NCBI GenBank assembly: GCA_963842535.1
Contig: CAWJGP010000008.1
Coordinates: forward strand, 26,190 to 90,189
DNA: 64,000 nt
Direction of reading: 5' to 3'
Source: an uncultured Actinomycetota bacterium
GTDB taxonomy: Bacteria > Actinomycetota > Actinomycetes > Propionibacteriales > Nocardioidaceae
The position numbers were made by a program, and so were the translations under genes. Below are positions 30,732 through 43,489 of the stretch, piece after piece (position 1 is the first letter of the stretch; each line of letters starts with the position of its first letter). Under the pieces are notes generated by a model, which saw only the letters and a program-made list of their open reading frames with translations, ran no database searches and was not told the origin of the DNA.

Positions 30732-32524
30732 GCCAGCTTCTCCCTCGTCCGGTGGAGGAAGTCGAGCGCATCCACGCCCATCGCGCAGGTGTCGTCGACC
30801 TCGACGCCGTCGACTCCCTTGCCTGCCAGGATCACCCACTCGGCACCAGCCTCGCGGAGCGTTTCGACGAGGTCGGCGCCCCACTCGGCGTACGCCTTGT
30901 CGTTGCCGACCAGGCAGACCACTGACTGGCCGCCGTCAGGTCCCTGGTAGTCGTTGAGGACGGCCTCGAGGTCGTCGTGGTGTCCCCCGTTGATCACGTC
31001 GATGCCGCCGGCCGCGAACAGGTTCGTGGCGAAGGTGGCGCGGGCCGTGTGCGCCGCGATCGGGCCCATCGTAGCCAGAAACACCTTGTCCTTCGCCGGC
31101 TCGTCGCGGAGCTCCTCGAAGTGCTCTCCGTAGGGGCGGACGGGCACTGCTCCCTCGGCGTACGGCGTGCGCTCGGGCAGGGTCTCGTGCAGGTTCGGGA
31201 ACTCTGTCAGCCCGGTCAGCGGGCGCTTCCGCGTGGCGATCTGCCCGTCGCGCTCGGTCACCACGTCGTCGATCCGTGACTGCAGGGACCCGTCCTCGAG
31301 AGCCTCCAGCACCCCACCCGAGGACTCGATGCGCCCGAGCTCCTCCCACCCGGCAACGGCGAGGTCGTCGGTGAGCTTCTCCACCGCGAAGGCGCCACCT
31401 GCTGGGTCGGCGACCTTGGCGACGTGGGACTCCTCGACCAGCAGGGTCGAGGTGTTGCGGGCGATCCGGCGGGCGAAGGCGTCAGGCAGGCCCAGCCGCG
31501 CGTCGAACGGCAGCACGGTCACCGCGTCCGCGCCACCGACGCCGGCCGCGAAGGCAGCGACGCAGGTGCGCAGCATGTTCACCCAGGGGTCGTACTTGGT
31601 CATCATCGGTCGCGACGTGACCACGTGCAGCGTCATGTTGCGGCGGTCCTCCGACGCGCCGCTCAGCTCGAGCATCCGCGCCCACAACCGGCGTACGGCG
31701 CGCAGCCGCGCGATCGTCACGAACTGCTCGTCGCTGGCGGCGAGCCGGAACTCCATCAGCCCGGCTGCCTCGTCGACCGGGACTCCGGCCGCCTCGAGCG
31801 CGCGCAGGTAGTGGGCACCGAGCGCCAGCACGTAGCCGAGCTCCTGCACATCGGAAGCCCCGAGGTCATGGACCGCCGTCCCGTCGACCACCAGTGCCCG
31901 GCAGCCCAGCTTCTGGGCGAGTTCAGCGGAGTCGGCCACTAGGTGGTCGAGCAGCGAGCGAAGCGAGTGATCAGTCGAGACCACGCCGCGCACGTGCGCA
32001 CCGACCGGATCAACCCCCAGATTGGTGCCCTCGGCGAGTTGGGTGCCCTCAGCCAAGGCCGCGAACGCATTGGCTGCTCCCAGCGGGTCCGACGGGGCGT
32101 CGAGCACGACCGGGGCGACGTCGAGCAGCACGTTCTTCAGCACGTCTGGCAGGTCGGAGACGTCGATGCCGGAGGCACCCACCTGTACCCAGAGCGAGGT
32201 GACCCCGTTCTCCAGGTCAGTGAGCGCGGCCGTGTTCGATGCCTTGGCGTCGGGGTCGGCCAGGAGTGCGCGCACGTCCCAGCCGTCGCCGCGGGCTGGG
32301 GGCCGGACCGGCTCGGGCAGGTCGGCGACCAGGGCGGGAGTGCCGAGAGGGGTGATCGAGATGCCATCGAGCGTGGTGCTGGCGAGCTTGGTCCAGACGG
32401 CGCTGTCGGGGTCGTCGTCGCTCAGCCGGCGCGCCTTGCGGAGCACGGCCGCGGCACTCTTCTCCCACTCGCTCACGTCGTGCTCCTGCCCTTCATCGAG
32501 GGACAGGTGCGCATCACTGCTCAT
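30728..32524 (-). CDS. mutA: Methylmalonyl-CoA mutase small subunit
   Basis: [37 protein letters not shown]. No DxHxxG motif. ATGA coupling to mutB. TATCCT lies 6 nt upstream of the ATG. Confidence 0.92.
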   Translation of the reverse strand: MSSDAHLSLDEGQEHDVSEWEKSAAAVLRKARRLSDDDPDSAVWTKLASTTLDGISITPLGTPALVADLPEPVRPPARGDGWDVRALLADPDAKASNTAALTDLENGVTSLWVQVGASGIDVSDLPDVLKNVLLDVAPVVLDAPSDPLGAANAFAALAEGTQLAEGTNLGVDPVGAHVRGVVSTDHSLRSLLDHLVADSAELAQKLGCRALVVDGTAVHDLGASDVQELGYVLALGAHYLRALEAAGVPVDEAAGLMEFRLAASDEQFVTIARLRAVRRLWARMLELSGASEDRRNMTLHVVTSRPMMTKYDPWVNMLRTCVAAFAAGVGGADAVTVLPFDARLGLPDAFARRIARNTSTLLVEESHVAKVADPAGGAFAVEKLTDDLAVAGWEELGRIESSGGVLEALEDGSLQSRIDDVVTERDGQIATRKRPLTGLTEFPNLHETLPERTPYAEGAVPVRPYGEHFEELRDEPAKDKVFLATMGPIAAHTARATFATNLFAAGGIDVINGGHHDDLEAVLNDYQGPDGGQSVVCLVGNDKAYAEWGADLVETLREAGAEWVILAGKGVDGVEVDDTCAMGVDALDFLHRTREKLA

Positions 32525-32618
32525 GGGCGAAGGATATGGACCGCTGTCGGTGAGCGATAGCGACTGTGAAATACCCGACCTCGTCTCACCCAGCGCCCGC
32601 TCGCCTAGGGTCGGGGTC

Positions 32619-33185
32619 GTGATCCTGGGTGAGGAGCTGGCGCTTCGGGTTCCGGTGCGCGGGGACCGGGAACGGTGGCTGGAGCTGCTGCACGACCCTG
32701 AGCAGCTGCGCTACGGCATGCCGGCGGTCGTGCCGGTGCCGGACAGCTTCGAGCAGCTCGACAAGCGGGTGACCGAGGCTGCCGAGCGGTTCGAAGCCCT
32801 GCAGCCGGGCACCCTGGCGGTGGTCGCTGCCGAGGACCCAGACCACTTCCTGGGCACCGTGGGCTGGAACTTCCACCTGCCGCCGGCGCTCCGCATCGCC
32901 GACATCGGGTACGCCGTGCACCCGGACGCGCGCGGCCAGGGGGTTGCGACCCGATCCATCCGCACGCTCACCCGGTGGCTGACCGAGGACGCCGACGGAC
33001 CACGCCTCGCCCGGGTTCAGCTCGACCACAGCGTGGAGAACAACGCCTCGTGCCGGGCGGCGCTCGCAGCCGGGTTCGAACGCGAGGGCATCCGACGCGG
33101 TTACCTGCCACTGCGCGACCCGGAGGCTCCCGGAGGCTCGCGCCGCCACGATGTCTGCCTGCACGGCCTTGCCTTCGGCGACTGA
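32619..33185 (+). CDS. GNAT (RimJ/RimL-type) acetyltransferase
   Basis: IGYAVHPDARGQGVAT, NNASCRAALAAGFEREG. TAGGGT lies 7 nt upstream of GTG 32619. Confidence 0.85.
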   Translation: MILGEELALRVPVRGDRERWLELLHDPEQLRYGMPAVVPVPDSFEQLDKRVTEAAERFEALQPGTLAVVAAEDPDHFLGTVGWNFHLPPALRIADIGYAVHPDARGQGVATRSIRTLTRWLTEDADGPRLARVQLDHSVENNASCRAALAAGFEREGIRRGYLPLRDPEAPGGSRRHDVCLHGLAFGD

Positions 33186-33282
33186 GGCCCACCCGACAGC
33201 CAGCCCAGCAGCAGCGCAGCCGTTCACTCCCCGCTCACATCGCGGACACTCGGGCGACACGGGGCTGAGCGACGCTGGCCGC

Positions 33283-34224
33283 ATGCGCATCGCACTCGTG
33301 ACCGAGCAGTTCGCACCCAGCACGGCGCCGTCGGCACACGTCACCCGTGAGGTGGTGTCCCGCCTGACCGACGGCGGGCACGACGTCGTCGTCTTCGCAG
33401 GCGGGCGTGGCCAGGCGACCTTCCGCGGGGCCCGGCTCTTCTGGGCCAGCCGGATGACCCCGGTGTCGGCCATCCGCGAGGCGCTGGTGCTCTCCCAGCC
33501 GGACGTGGTCCACCTGATCGACCCGCACCGGCTCGGCATCAAGGTCGCCGAGGCGGCCGACCGGCTCGGCGTACCGACCGTCGTGCTGCACCCGCGCACC
33601 TGGAAGCCGGGCGTCGACCTCGCCGACCACCACCCCGGCCTGCGCGACGAGGAGCTGCACGACCGCTGGGCGCGGCTCCACTCCCCCGACGGCGGCCGGC
33701 TCGTCGTCGGGTACGTCGGCCCGCTCGAGCGCACGAAGGTGCTCAACCGGCTGACCATGGTCGCCCGGCTGCCCGGGGTGCGCCTGGTCGCGCTCGGCGA
33801 CGGCCCGGGCGCTGAGGGCCTGCGTGCCGCGGGAGCCAAGGTGATCCCGCACCCGCCGAGCCTCGAGCGCGCCCAGTGCGTGGCCTCCTTCGACGTGCTG
33901 CTCCAGCCGCGGAAGAAGGAGATCTACGCCCCCACCGTGCACGAGGCCCTCGCCAGCGGGGTGCCGGTGGTGGCCTACGACAGCGGCACCGCCTCGGACG
34001 CCGTGCGGCACGAGCACAACGGGCTGCTGGTCGACACCGACCGCGGCGGCAAGTCCTTCGCCCGAGCAGTGGCCAGGCTCGCCGCCAGCCCCGACCTGCG
34101 GTTCACCCTCGCCGCGGCCGCTCGCCAGTCCGTCTCGGGGCGCACCTGGGACGACGCGGTCGCCGAGCTGGTGGACGAGCACTACCCCGCCGCCCTCAAG
34201 CGCGGCACTGTGGCCATCGGCTGA
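33283..34224 (+). CDS. GT4 glycosyltransferase (shortened)
   Basis: MRIALVTEQF, GHDV, PDVVHL, EIYAPTVHEALASGVPVVA (Ex7E), VRHEHNGLL. Confidence 0.85.
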   Translation: MRIALVTEQFAPSTAPSAHVTREVVSRLTDGGHDVVVFAGGRGQATFRGARLFWASRMTPVSAIREALVLSQPDVVHLIDPHRLGIKVAEAADRLGVPTVVLHPRTWKPGVDLADHHPGLRDEELHDRWARLHSPDGGRLVVGYVGPLERTKVLNRLTMVARLPGVRLVALGDGPGAEGLRAAGAKVIPHPPSLERAQCVASFDVLLQPRKKEIYAPTVHEALASGVPVVAYDSGTASDAVRHEHNGLLVDTDRGGKSFARAVARLAASPDLRFTLAAAARQSVSGRTWDDAVAELVDEHYPAALKRGTVAIG

Positions 34225-34364
34225 CCGCCGCCGACATCTCCGTGGGGCTGCCCGGGAACGTACGCCGGGAGTGTTAGCGTCCACGCATCTTGCCTGGTCG
34301 GTCCGTCGGCAGAGCCACGCCGCGGACACCAGCGATCGAGTCGAACCCCGGAGGACTCCAGGTC

Positions 34365-35210
34365 ATGGGAAAAGCCGCAGCAGCATGGTCCGCTCTCCAG
34401 GAGGGAGGGCCGCGCGAGCTCATCAGCCGCACCAGGTCATGGGGCGCGCGCGCCTTGGACCCGGGTGCGGAACAGAGCACTCCGCCGGCTGCTCCGCCCG
34501 CGCCTGCCGCCCCAACCGGGAAGAACGCAGCGAACGTCGGGTTCGCCCAGGCCATCCAGTTCTTCAAGGCGCGGCACGCCAACTACGAGAAGCTCGCCGA
34601 CGCGATCGCGCCCCATCTCGATCCTGACGGGGTGCTCTTCGACATCGGCGCGAACATCGGCTACTTCAGCATGGTGGTCGGCGACCGCACCGGCTTCCGC
34701 GGCTCTGCGCACCTCTTCGAGCCCATCCCGCACCTCGCCCAGTTCTGCTTCCGGAGCCTGGTCGATGCCGAGTTCTCGATCGCGGTGCACCAGTACGGCC
34801 TCAGCGACAGCGACGGCCACGTGGACATCTTCATCGACACCAAGGGCAACTTCGGCTGGAACACCATGATCGGTGAGCGCGCCACCGCCATGACTCCCCA
34901 GCGGATCACCGTGCGCCGCTTCGACGGGATCGGCCTCACCGTCGTCCCGTCGGTGATCAAGATCGACGTCGAGGGCGCCGAGTACCTCGTGCTGCGGGGT
35001 CTGCTGCCTGCGCTGAGGAGCTGGGAGAAGCGTCCTCCGATCCTGTGCGAGATCGGGTGGGGCGCCCAGGGGCACCCGGCCTGGAAGGACGAGCTGGAGG
35101 TCTTCGAGGAGCTCAAGCAGCTCGGCTACCGCCCGACCAGCCTGGAGGGCGAGCCGGTGGTGCTCGAGGAGATCGACAAGACCTGCGACGTCATGTTCCT
35201 TCCAGGCTGA
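34365..35210 (+). CDS. FkbM family methyltransferase
   Basis: FDIGANIGYFS, FEP, GLSD, IKIDVEGAE. SD GGAGGA precedes the ATG. Confidence 0.9.
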   Translation: MGKAAAAWSALQEGGPRELISRTRSWGARALDPGAEQSTPPAAPPAPAAPTGKNAANVGFAQAIQFFKARHANYEKLADAIAPHLDPDGVLFDIGANIGYFSMVVGDRTGFRGSAHLFEPIPHLAQFCFRSLVDAEFSIAVHQYGLSDSDGHVDIFIDTKGNFGWNTMIGERATAMTPQRITVRRFDGIGLTVVPSVIKIDVEGAEYLVLRGLLPALRSWEKRPPILCEIGWGAQGHPAWKDELEVFEELKQLGYRPTSLEGEPVVLEEIDKTCDVMFLPG

Positions 35211-35254
35211 CCCCCCTTCTAGACCACGTGTGGCGCGCCCCCTAGTCTCTGTGA

Positions 35255-36376
35255 ATGCCACTCGTGGACGGTCTCCGTCGCTACCTCGGCGACCCTGTCG
35301 CGTCGTGGCGCACCGGCAGTCCGCAGAGCCAGGGGCTCACCCTCGCCACGCTCCTGCTCGGCGTAGCGCTCTGCTTCGTGGTGTCGGTCCTCGAGTACTC
35401 CCTGATGCCGATGACGACGTACTACATCTGGCTGCTGCTCGGGATGCTGCTCCTCCGGTACCGGCCACTGCTGGTGCTCTCGCTCGTGACAGGTGCCGCG
35501 GCCGTGGCCGCGGTTCTGCTCGACCCACCGATGAACGCCGCCCGGATCACGTCCATCGTCACGTTGCTGATCTCCCTCGCCCTGATCCTGTACGCCTCCA
35601 GCCGCCAGCAGAGCGGCCTGCCCGGGCCGGTCAGCGAGGCCATGCTGACCGACCTGCGGGACATGCTGCAGTCCCAGGGCAAGATCCCTGAGCTGCCCGA
35701 GGGCTGGCGGTCGCAGTCGGCGATGCTGGCCGCGAACGACGTCGGGTACGGCGGCGACTTCCTGGTCGCGAACCTCCACGACGAGGGACGTCGCCTGGAG
35801 CTGATCCTCGTCGACGTCGTCGGAAAAGGGGTCGGGGCGGCCTCACGTGCGCTGCAGTTCGGTGGCGCGCTCGGCGGGCTGATCGGCGCCCTGCCACCGC
35901 GGCAGCTGTTCGCCGCCGCCAACGACTTCTTGCTGCGACAGCACTCCGACGAGACCTTCGCGACGGCCGTGCACGTCCTCCTCGACCTCGAGACCGGCGA
36001 CTACCAGCTGATCAGCGCCGGGCACCCGCCGGTCCTCGTGTGGTCGCGGGCAGCCGGTGAGTGGGCAGTCGACGAGGCACGGGGTACGGCGCTCGGGATC
36101 ATGGCGAACCCTGAGCTGCACACGACAGGCGGGCGGCTCGAACAGGGCGACGCGCTGCTGTTCTACACCGACGGCGTGGTCGAGACCCGCACGTCGCATC
36201 TCGACGACGGCGTCGCCTGGCTGCAGCAGCAGGCGTCACGCGCGATCGCCCCGGGGTTCGAGGGCGCGGCGCAGCGCATCATCCAGAGCGTGAGCCAGGG
36301 CGACGACGACCGTGCAGTGCTGATCCTCGACCACGCAGCCCAGTCGGCGAAACGCACTGCAGAGTTCGCCGGCTGA
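35255..36376 (+). CDS. Membrane-anchored PP2C/SpoIIE-type phosphatase
   Basis: N-terminal TM helices, GGDF, DVVGKG, SAGHPP, LLFYTDGVVE, DDRAVL. Confidence 0.9.
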   Translation: MPLVDGLRRYLGDPVASWRTGSPQSQGLTLATLLLGVALCFVVSVLEYSLMPMTTYYIWLLLGMLLLRYRPLLVLSLVTGAAAVAAVLLDPPMNAARITSIVTLLISLALILYASSRQQSGLPGPVSEAMLTDLRDMLQSQGKIPELPEGWRSQSAMLAANDVGYGGDFLVANLHDEGRRLELILVDVVGKGVGAASRALQFGGALGGLIGALPPRQLFAAANDFLLRQHSDETFATAVHVLLDLETGDYQLISAGHPPVLVWSRAAGEWAVDEARGTALGIMANPELHTTGGRLEQGDALLFYTDGVVETRTSHLDDGVAWLQQQASRAIAPGFEGAAQRIIQSVSQGDDDRAVLILDHAAQSAKRTAEFAG

Positions 36377-36380
36377 GCCC

Positions 36381-37157
36381 CTAGACCGCGGTGCGGCCGT
36401 CGTCGTCCTTGTTGCGCACGCCGATCTTGTTGCCCAGCCACACCAGCGGGTCGTACTTGCGGTCGACGACGCGCTCCTTCATCGGGATGATCGCGTTGTC
36501 GGTGATCTTGATGCCCTCGGGGCAGACCTCGGTGCAGCACTTGGTGATGTTGCACATCCCCAGGCCGGCCGCTCCCTGGGCGAGCTCCCGGCGGTCATGG
36601 GTGTCCAGCGGGTGCATGTCGAGCTCGGCGTACCGCAGGAAGAAGCGCGGTCCGGCGAACGCCGGCTTGTTCTCCTCGTGGTCGCGTACGACGTGGCAGA
36701 CGTTCTGGCACAGGAAGCACTCAATGCACTTGCGGAACTCCTGCCCGCGCTCGACGTCGACCTGCGCCATCCGCCGCTTGCCGTCCTCGTCCCTGGGCGG
36801 CGGGGCGAAGGCCGGCAGCTCCTTGGCCTTCTCGTAGTTGTAGGACACGTCGGTGACCAGGTCGCGGACGATGGGGAAGGTGCGCAACGGCGTGACCGTG
36901 ATCGTCTCGGACTCGTCGAAGTCGGAGAGTCTGCTCATGCACAGCAGGCGCGGCTTGCCGTTGATCTCGGCGCTGCACGACCCGCACTTGCCGGCCTTGC
37001 AGTTCCATCGCACCGCGAGGTCGCCCGCCTGCGTGGCCTGGACCCGGTGCAGTGCGTCCAGGACCACCTCGCCCTCGGAGACCTCCACGGAGTAGTCGGT
37101 GAGCTCACCGGCGTACTTGTTGCCCCGCCACACCTTCATCTTCAGCTCGTAACCCAT
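36381..37157 (-). CDS. sdhB: Succinate dehydrogenase/fumarate reductase Fe-S subunit (Sdh1-type operon)
   Basis: CKAGKCGSC, CIECFLCQNVC, CNITKCCTEVCP. Confidence 0.93.
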   Translation of the reverse strand: MGYELKMKVWRGNKYAGELTDYSVEVSEGEVVLDALHRVQATQAGDLAVRWNCKAGKCGSCSAEINGKPRLLCMSRLSDFDESETITVTPLRTFPIVRDLVTDVSYNYEKAKELPAFAPPPRDEDGKRRMAQVDVERGQEFRKCIECFLCQNVCHVVRDHEENKPAFAGPRFFLRYAELDMHPLDTHDRRELAQGAAGLGMCNITKCCTEVCPEGIKITDNAIIPMKERVVDRKYDPLVWLGNKIGVRNKDDDGRTAV

Positions 37158-37159
37158 GC

Positions 37160-39046
37160 CTACTCCTTGCTCGCGACGGGCGCGGGATCGAAGAACGTCT
37201 TCAGCTCGTCGGGCATCACCGGCAGCGACTGGTGCTCCAGCTCGACCCCGTCACCACTGCTGTTGAGCGCGAGCACGAGGTTCTTCGTGCCCCACTCGTC
37301 GTTCGGCCCGGGGTAGTCGTCGCGGGTGTGGCCGCCGCGGGACTCCTGGCGCTCCAGGGCGGCCTTGGCGATGCACTCGGAGACGATCAACATGTTGCGC
37401 AGGTCCATCGCCAGGTGCCAGCCCGGGTTGTACTGCCGATGGCCCTCGACGGCGAGCTGCGCGGCCCGCGCCTTGAGTGCCTCGATCTGCTCCAGGGACC
37501 GCGTCAGCTCCTCCTCGGTCCGGATGATGCCGACCAGGTCCTGCATGGTCTCCTGGAGGTCCTGCTGGATCGTGTAGGGGTTCTCGCGACCGCTGGTGTC
37601 CTCGAACGGCGCGAGCGCGTAGTTCTCGGCAGCGAGGACGTCCTCGTGCGCCACAGTCAGGTCCCCCGCCTGCTCGGCGTGGGCCGCGGCCGCCTCGCCG
37701 GCCCGCCGGCCGAAGACGAGGAGGTCCGACAGCGAGTTGCCGCCCAACCGGTTCGAGCCATGCATCCCACCGGAGCACTCCCCCACTGCGTACAGCCCGG
37801 GCACGCCACTGAGCTCCGTGTCAGCGTCCACCTCGACCCCGCCCATCACGTAGTGGCAGGTGGGACCGATCTCCATCGGCTCGGCGGTGATGTCGACGTC
37901 TGCGAGCTCCTTGAACTGGTGGTACATCGAGGGCAGCCGGCGCCGGATGAACTCCGGGTCGCGGCGCGAGGCGATGTCCAGGAAGATCCCGCCGTGCGGT
38001 GACCCCCGGCCGGCCTTGATCTCGGAGTTGATCGCCCGGGCGACCTCGTCGCGCGGGAGCAGCTCGGGCGGACGACGGTTGGCCTTCTTGTCGTCGTACC
38101 AGCGGTCCGCCTCCTCCTCGGTGTCGGCGGTCTCGCTCTTGAAGAACTCCGGGATGTAGTCGAACATGAACCGCTTGCCCTCGGAGTTCTTCAGGATGCC
38201 GCCGTCGCCACGCACCGACTCGGTGACCAGCAGCCCCTTCACCGAGGGGGGCCAGACCATGCCCGTCGGGTGGAACTGCACGAACTCCATGTTGATCAGC
38301 CTCGCTCCGGCGCGCAGGGCCAGCGCGTGCCCGTCGCCGGTGTACTCCCACGAGTTCGACGTGACCTGGTAGGACTTCCCGATCCCACCGGTCGCCAGGA
38401 TCACCGACGGCGACTCGAAGACCACGAACCGGCCGGTCTCGCGCCAGTAGGCGAACGCGCCGGAGATCTGGTCAACCCCATCAGACGACGGAGTCTTCAG
38501 CAGCTCGGTGACCGTGCACTCCATGAACACATCGATCCCGAGGGCCACGGCCCGCTGCTGCAGGGTGCGGATCATCTCCAGCCCGGTGCGGTCGCCGACG
38601 TGGGCGAGCCGGGCGTAGCGGTGCCCGCCGAAGTCGCGCTGGGAGATCAGGCCGTCCTCGGTGCGGTCGAAGAGTGCGCCCCAGTCCTCGAGCTCCATCA
38701 CCCGCTCGGGCGCCTCCTGGGCGTGCAGCTGTGCCATCCGCCAGTTGTTGAGCATCTTCCCGCCACGCATCGTGTCGCGGAAGTGCACCTCCCAGTTGTC
38801 CTCCGGGTAGGCGTTGCCCATCGAGGCCGCGATGCCGCCCTCGGCCATCACCGTGTGAGCCTTGCCCAGCAGCGACTTGCAGACGATCGCGGTGCGGGCC
38901 CCTGCGTCGTGTGCTGCGATCGCTGCTCGCAGGCCGGCCCCGCCCGCGCCGACCACGACCACGTCGTAGGAATGCGTCTCCAGCCCGTGGCCGACAGCCT
39001 CGTCGGAGGACATGCGGTTGCCAGTCATCGGGTGTCGATCTGTCAT
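37160..39046 (-). CDS. sdhA: Succinate dehydrogenase/fumarate reductase flavoprotein (Sdh1-type operon)
   Basis: GAGGAG, KAHTVMAEGG, QFHPTG, HYVMGG, HGSNRLGGNSL, ESRGGH. Confidence 0.95.
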   Translation of the reverse strand: MTDRHPMTGNRMSSDEAVGHGLETHSYDVVVVGAGGAGLRAAIAAHDAGARTAIVCKSLLGKAHTVMAEGGIAASMGNAYPEDNWEVHFRDTMRGGKMLNNWRMAQLHAQEAPERVMELEDWGALFDRTEDGLISQRDFGGHRYARLAHVGDRTGLEMIRTLQQRAVALGIDVFMECTVTELLKTPSSDGVDQISGAFAYWRETGRFVVFESPSVILATGGIGKSYQVTSNSWEYTGDGHALALRAGARLINMEFVQFHPTGMVWPPSVKGLLVTESVRGDGGILKNSEGKRFMFDYIPEFFKSETADTEEEADRWYDDKKANRRPPELLPRDEVARAINSEIKAGRGSPHGGIFLDIASRRDPEFIRRRLPSMYHQFKELADVDITAEPMEIGPTCHYVMGGVEVDADTELSGVPGLYAVGECSGGMHGSNRLGGNSLSDLLVFGRRAGEAAAAHAEQAGDLTVAHEDVLAAENYALAPFEDTSGRENPYTIQQDLQETMQDLVGIIRTEEELTRSLEQIEALKARAAQLAVEGHRQYNPGWHLAMDLRNMLIVSECIAKAALERQESRGGHTRDDYPGPNDEWGTKNLVLALNSSGDGVELEHQSLPVMPDELKTFFDPAPVASKE

Positions 39047-39841
39047 TTAGAAGAACCTCAGGTCGTTGATCGTGTTCGTCGACAACAGCAGGACGTAGAG
39101 GTCGGCGATGGCCACGGAGAACAGCGAGAGCCAGGCGTAGCGCGCGTGGTTGGCATTGTGCTTGGAGACCCAGGTCCAGAGCCGGTAGCGGATCGGGTGC
39201 TTGCTGAAGTGCCGCAGGCGGCCGCCGACCGCGTGCCGGCACGAGTGGCAGGACAGCGTGTACATCCAGATGAAGTAGATGTTCACCAGGAAGACGACGG
39301 TGCCGAGGCCCATGTGGCCCCACTCCCCGTGCTCGTCGCGGAAGGCCAGCACCGTGTCGAAGCTGAGGATCAGGGCGACCACCACGGCGGCGTACCAGAA
39401 CCAGCGGTGCAGGTTGTTCAGGATCAGCGGCAGCCGGGTCTCGCCGCTGTAGGACATGTGCGGCTCGGCGACACCGCACGCCGGCGGGCTGAGCCAGAAG
39501 GAGCGGTAGTACGCCTTGCGGTAGTAGTAACACGTCATCCGGAAGCCCAGGGGAAAGATCAGGATGATCAGCGCGGCCGAGAGCGGCCACCACGCGAACG
39601 GCTGGCCGAAGTCGGAGGCGCCCTCGACGCAGTCACCCAGGCAGGGAGAGTAGAACGGGGACAGGTAAGGCTTGGCGTAGTAGTGCGAGCCCTGGAAGGC
39701 GCGGATCGTGGCGTAGATGACGAACGCGGTGAACACGAGGAAGGTGGTCAGCGGGTACAGCCACCACCGGTCGGCGCGCATGGTCCGTTCCTCGATACGT
39801 GCTCGAGTCCGTCCCCGTACGCCTGCGTCCGTCGACGCCAT
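39047..39841 (-). CDS. Membrane anchor of mycobacterial Sdh1 type (Rv0249c/SdhF-like)
   Basis: YLSPFYSP, CYYYRKAYYRSFW, SCHSCRH, multiple TM helices. Lies directly upstream of the flavoprotein. GGAGG 5 nt before ATG 39841. Confidence 0.85.
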   Translation of the reverse strand: MASTDAGVRGRTRARIEERTMRADRWWLYPLTTFLVFTAFVIYATIRAFQGSHYYAKPYLSPFYSPCLGDCVEGASDFGQPFAWWPLSAALIILIFPLGFRMTCYYYRKAYYRSFWLSPPACGVAEPHMSYSGETRLPLILNNLHRWFWYAAVVVALILSFDTVLAFRDEHGEWGHMGLGTVVFLVNIYFIWMYTLSCHSCRHAVGGRLRHFSKHPIRYRLWTWVSKHNANHARYAWLSLFSVAIADLYVLLLSTNTINDLRFF

Positions 39842-39980
39842 CGCCACCTCCGCAGCCCTCGGTTTTGGTCACCCCGCGTGACCCAGACCACTCTTGCCGC
39901 AAGGCACGAGAAAGCGAAAGGGGCGCGCAGACATATGTCACATCCCCCGGAGTCTTCGGTACCTGTAGCAGAGGGATACG

Positions 39981-40688
39981 GTGACCATTGTGGCAACTGC
40001 GACTCTCGTCAAGGACAGCAGGTCGACTCGATCGACCATTGCACTGAAGCTCCTCATGGCCGTCAGCGGCATCATCTTCATCGGGTTCGTGCTCGCGCAC
40101 ATGTACGGCAACCTCAAGGCCTTCGCCGGTCACGACGCCTACAACGAGTACGCGCACCACCTGCGTGAGTTCGGCGAGCCGATGCTTCCGCGCACCGGTT
40201 TCCTCTGGGTTCTCCGGGTTGCGCTGCTCGCCTCGCTCGTCGTGCACGTCGCCGCCGCCGTCGCACTCTGGCGCCGGGCCAGCAAGGCCCGACCGATCAA
40301 GTACGTGATGAAGAAGAACAACCACTCGACCTGGGCCTCGCACCTGATGCGCTGGGGCGGGGTCACGCTGCTGCTGTTCATCGTCTGGCACCTGCTGAAC
40401 TTCACCATCGGGAAGGTCAACGTCACCGGTGGCTCGACCAACGACCCCTACGACCTGCTCGTCGACTCGTTCTCGACGTGGTGGCTGACGCTGATCTACC
40501 TGTTCGCGATGGCGATGCTCGGCGCTCACCTGCACCACGGCATCTGGAGCTCGCTCCAGACCCTGGGCCTCACCAACAACGAGCACGCCCGCACCCGGGC
40601 CAAGGTGTTCGGCTTCGTGCTGGCGCTCATCATCACGATCGGTTTCTCACTCGTTCCGATCTTCGTCCTCGCCGGCGTCATCGACTAG
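39981..40688 (+). CDS. sdhC: Succinate dehydrogenase cytochrome b subunit (single-anchor, type B)
   Basis: K..MAVSG, HMYGNLK, five TM helices, His residues in AHM, HV, WHL and HLHHG. Confidence 0.9.
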   Translation: MTIVATATLVKDSRSTRSTIALKLLMAVSGIIFIGFVLAHMYGNLKAFAGHDAYNEYAHHLREFGEPMLPRTGFLWVLRVALLASLVVHVAAAVALWRRASKARPIKYVMKKNNHSTWASHLMRWGGVTLLLFIVWHLLNFTIGKVNVTGGSTNDPYDLLVDSFSTWWLTLIYLFAMAMLGAHLHHGIWSSLQTLGLTNNEHARTRAKVFGFVLALIITIGFSLVPIFVLAGVID

Positions 40689-40703
40689 GGGGTCAGTACA
40701 CCC

Positions 40704-42745
<2,042 letters not shown>

Positions 42746-42749
<4 letters not shown>

Positions 42750-43489
42750 ATCTGACTCTCAAGATCTGGCGCCAGCCCGACGCCGCCGCCGAGGGTGCCA
42801 TGCACACCTACGAGGTCGAGGACATCTCCGAGGACATGTCCTTCCTCGAGATGCTCGACGTGCTCAACGAGCGGCTGAACGCCGAGGGCGAGGAGCCGGT
42901 CGCGTTCGACTCCGACTGCCGCGAGGGCATCTGCGGCATGTGCGGGTTGATGATCAACGGCGAGGCCCACGGTCCCCAGGTCACCACGACCTGCCAGCTG
43001 CACATGCGCTCGTTCACCGACGGCGAGACCATCACGATCGAGCCCTGGCGGGCCGACGCGTTCCCCGTGATCAGGGACCTGTGCGTCGACCGTCGCGCGT
43101 TCGATCGGATCATCCAGCAGGGTGGCTACATCTCCGTCAACACCGGCGCCGCACCCGACGCGCACGCGACGCCCGTGCCCAAGGACAACGCCGACCGCGC
43201 CTTCGACGCGGCGACCTGCATCGGCTGCGGGGCCTGCGTCGCGGCTTGTCCCAACGGCTCGGCCTCGCTGTTCGTCGGCGCGAAGATCACCCACCTCGGC
43301 GAGCTGCCGCAGGGCCAGGCCGAGCGCGACGCCCGCGTGGTCAGCATGGTCGGCCAGCACGACCACGAAGGCTTCGGCGGCTGCACCAACATCGGTGAGT
43401 GCACGGCTGCGTGTCCCAAGGAGATCCCGCTCGACGTGATCTCCCAGCTGAACCGGGACCTCAGGACGGCTATCCGGCACGGACACTGA
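42746..43489 (+). CDS. sdhB: Succinate dehydrogenase/fumarate reductase Fe-S subunit (type B operon)
   Basis: [32 protein letters not shown]. Confidence 0.95.

Noticed and set aside
32525-32618. Cobalamin riboswitch upstream of the mut operon
   Set aside because: The gap is too short, there is no B12 box, and mutA appears leaderless.
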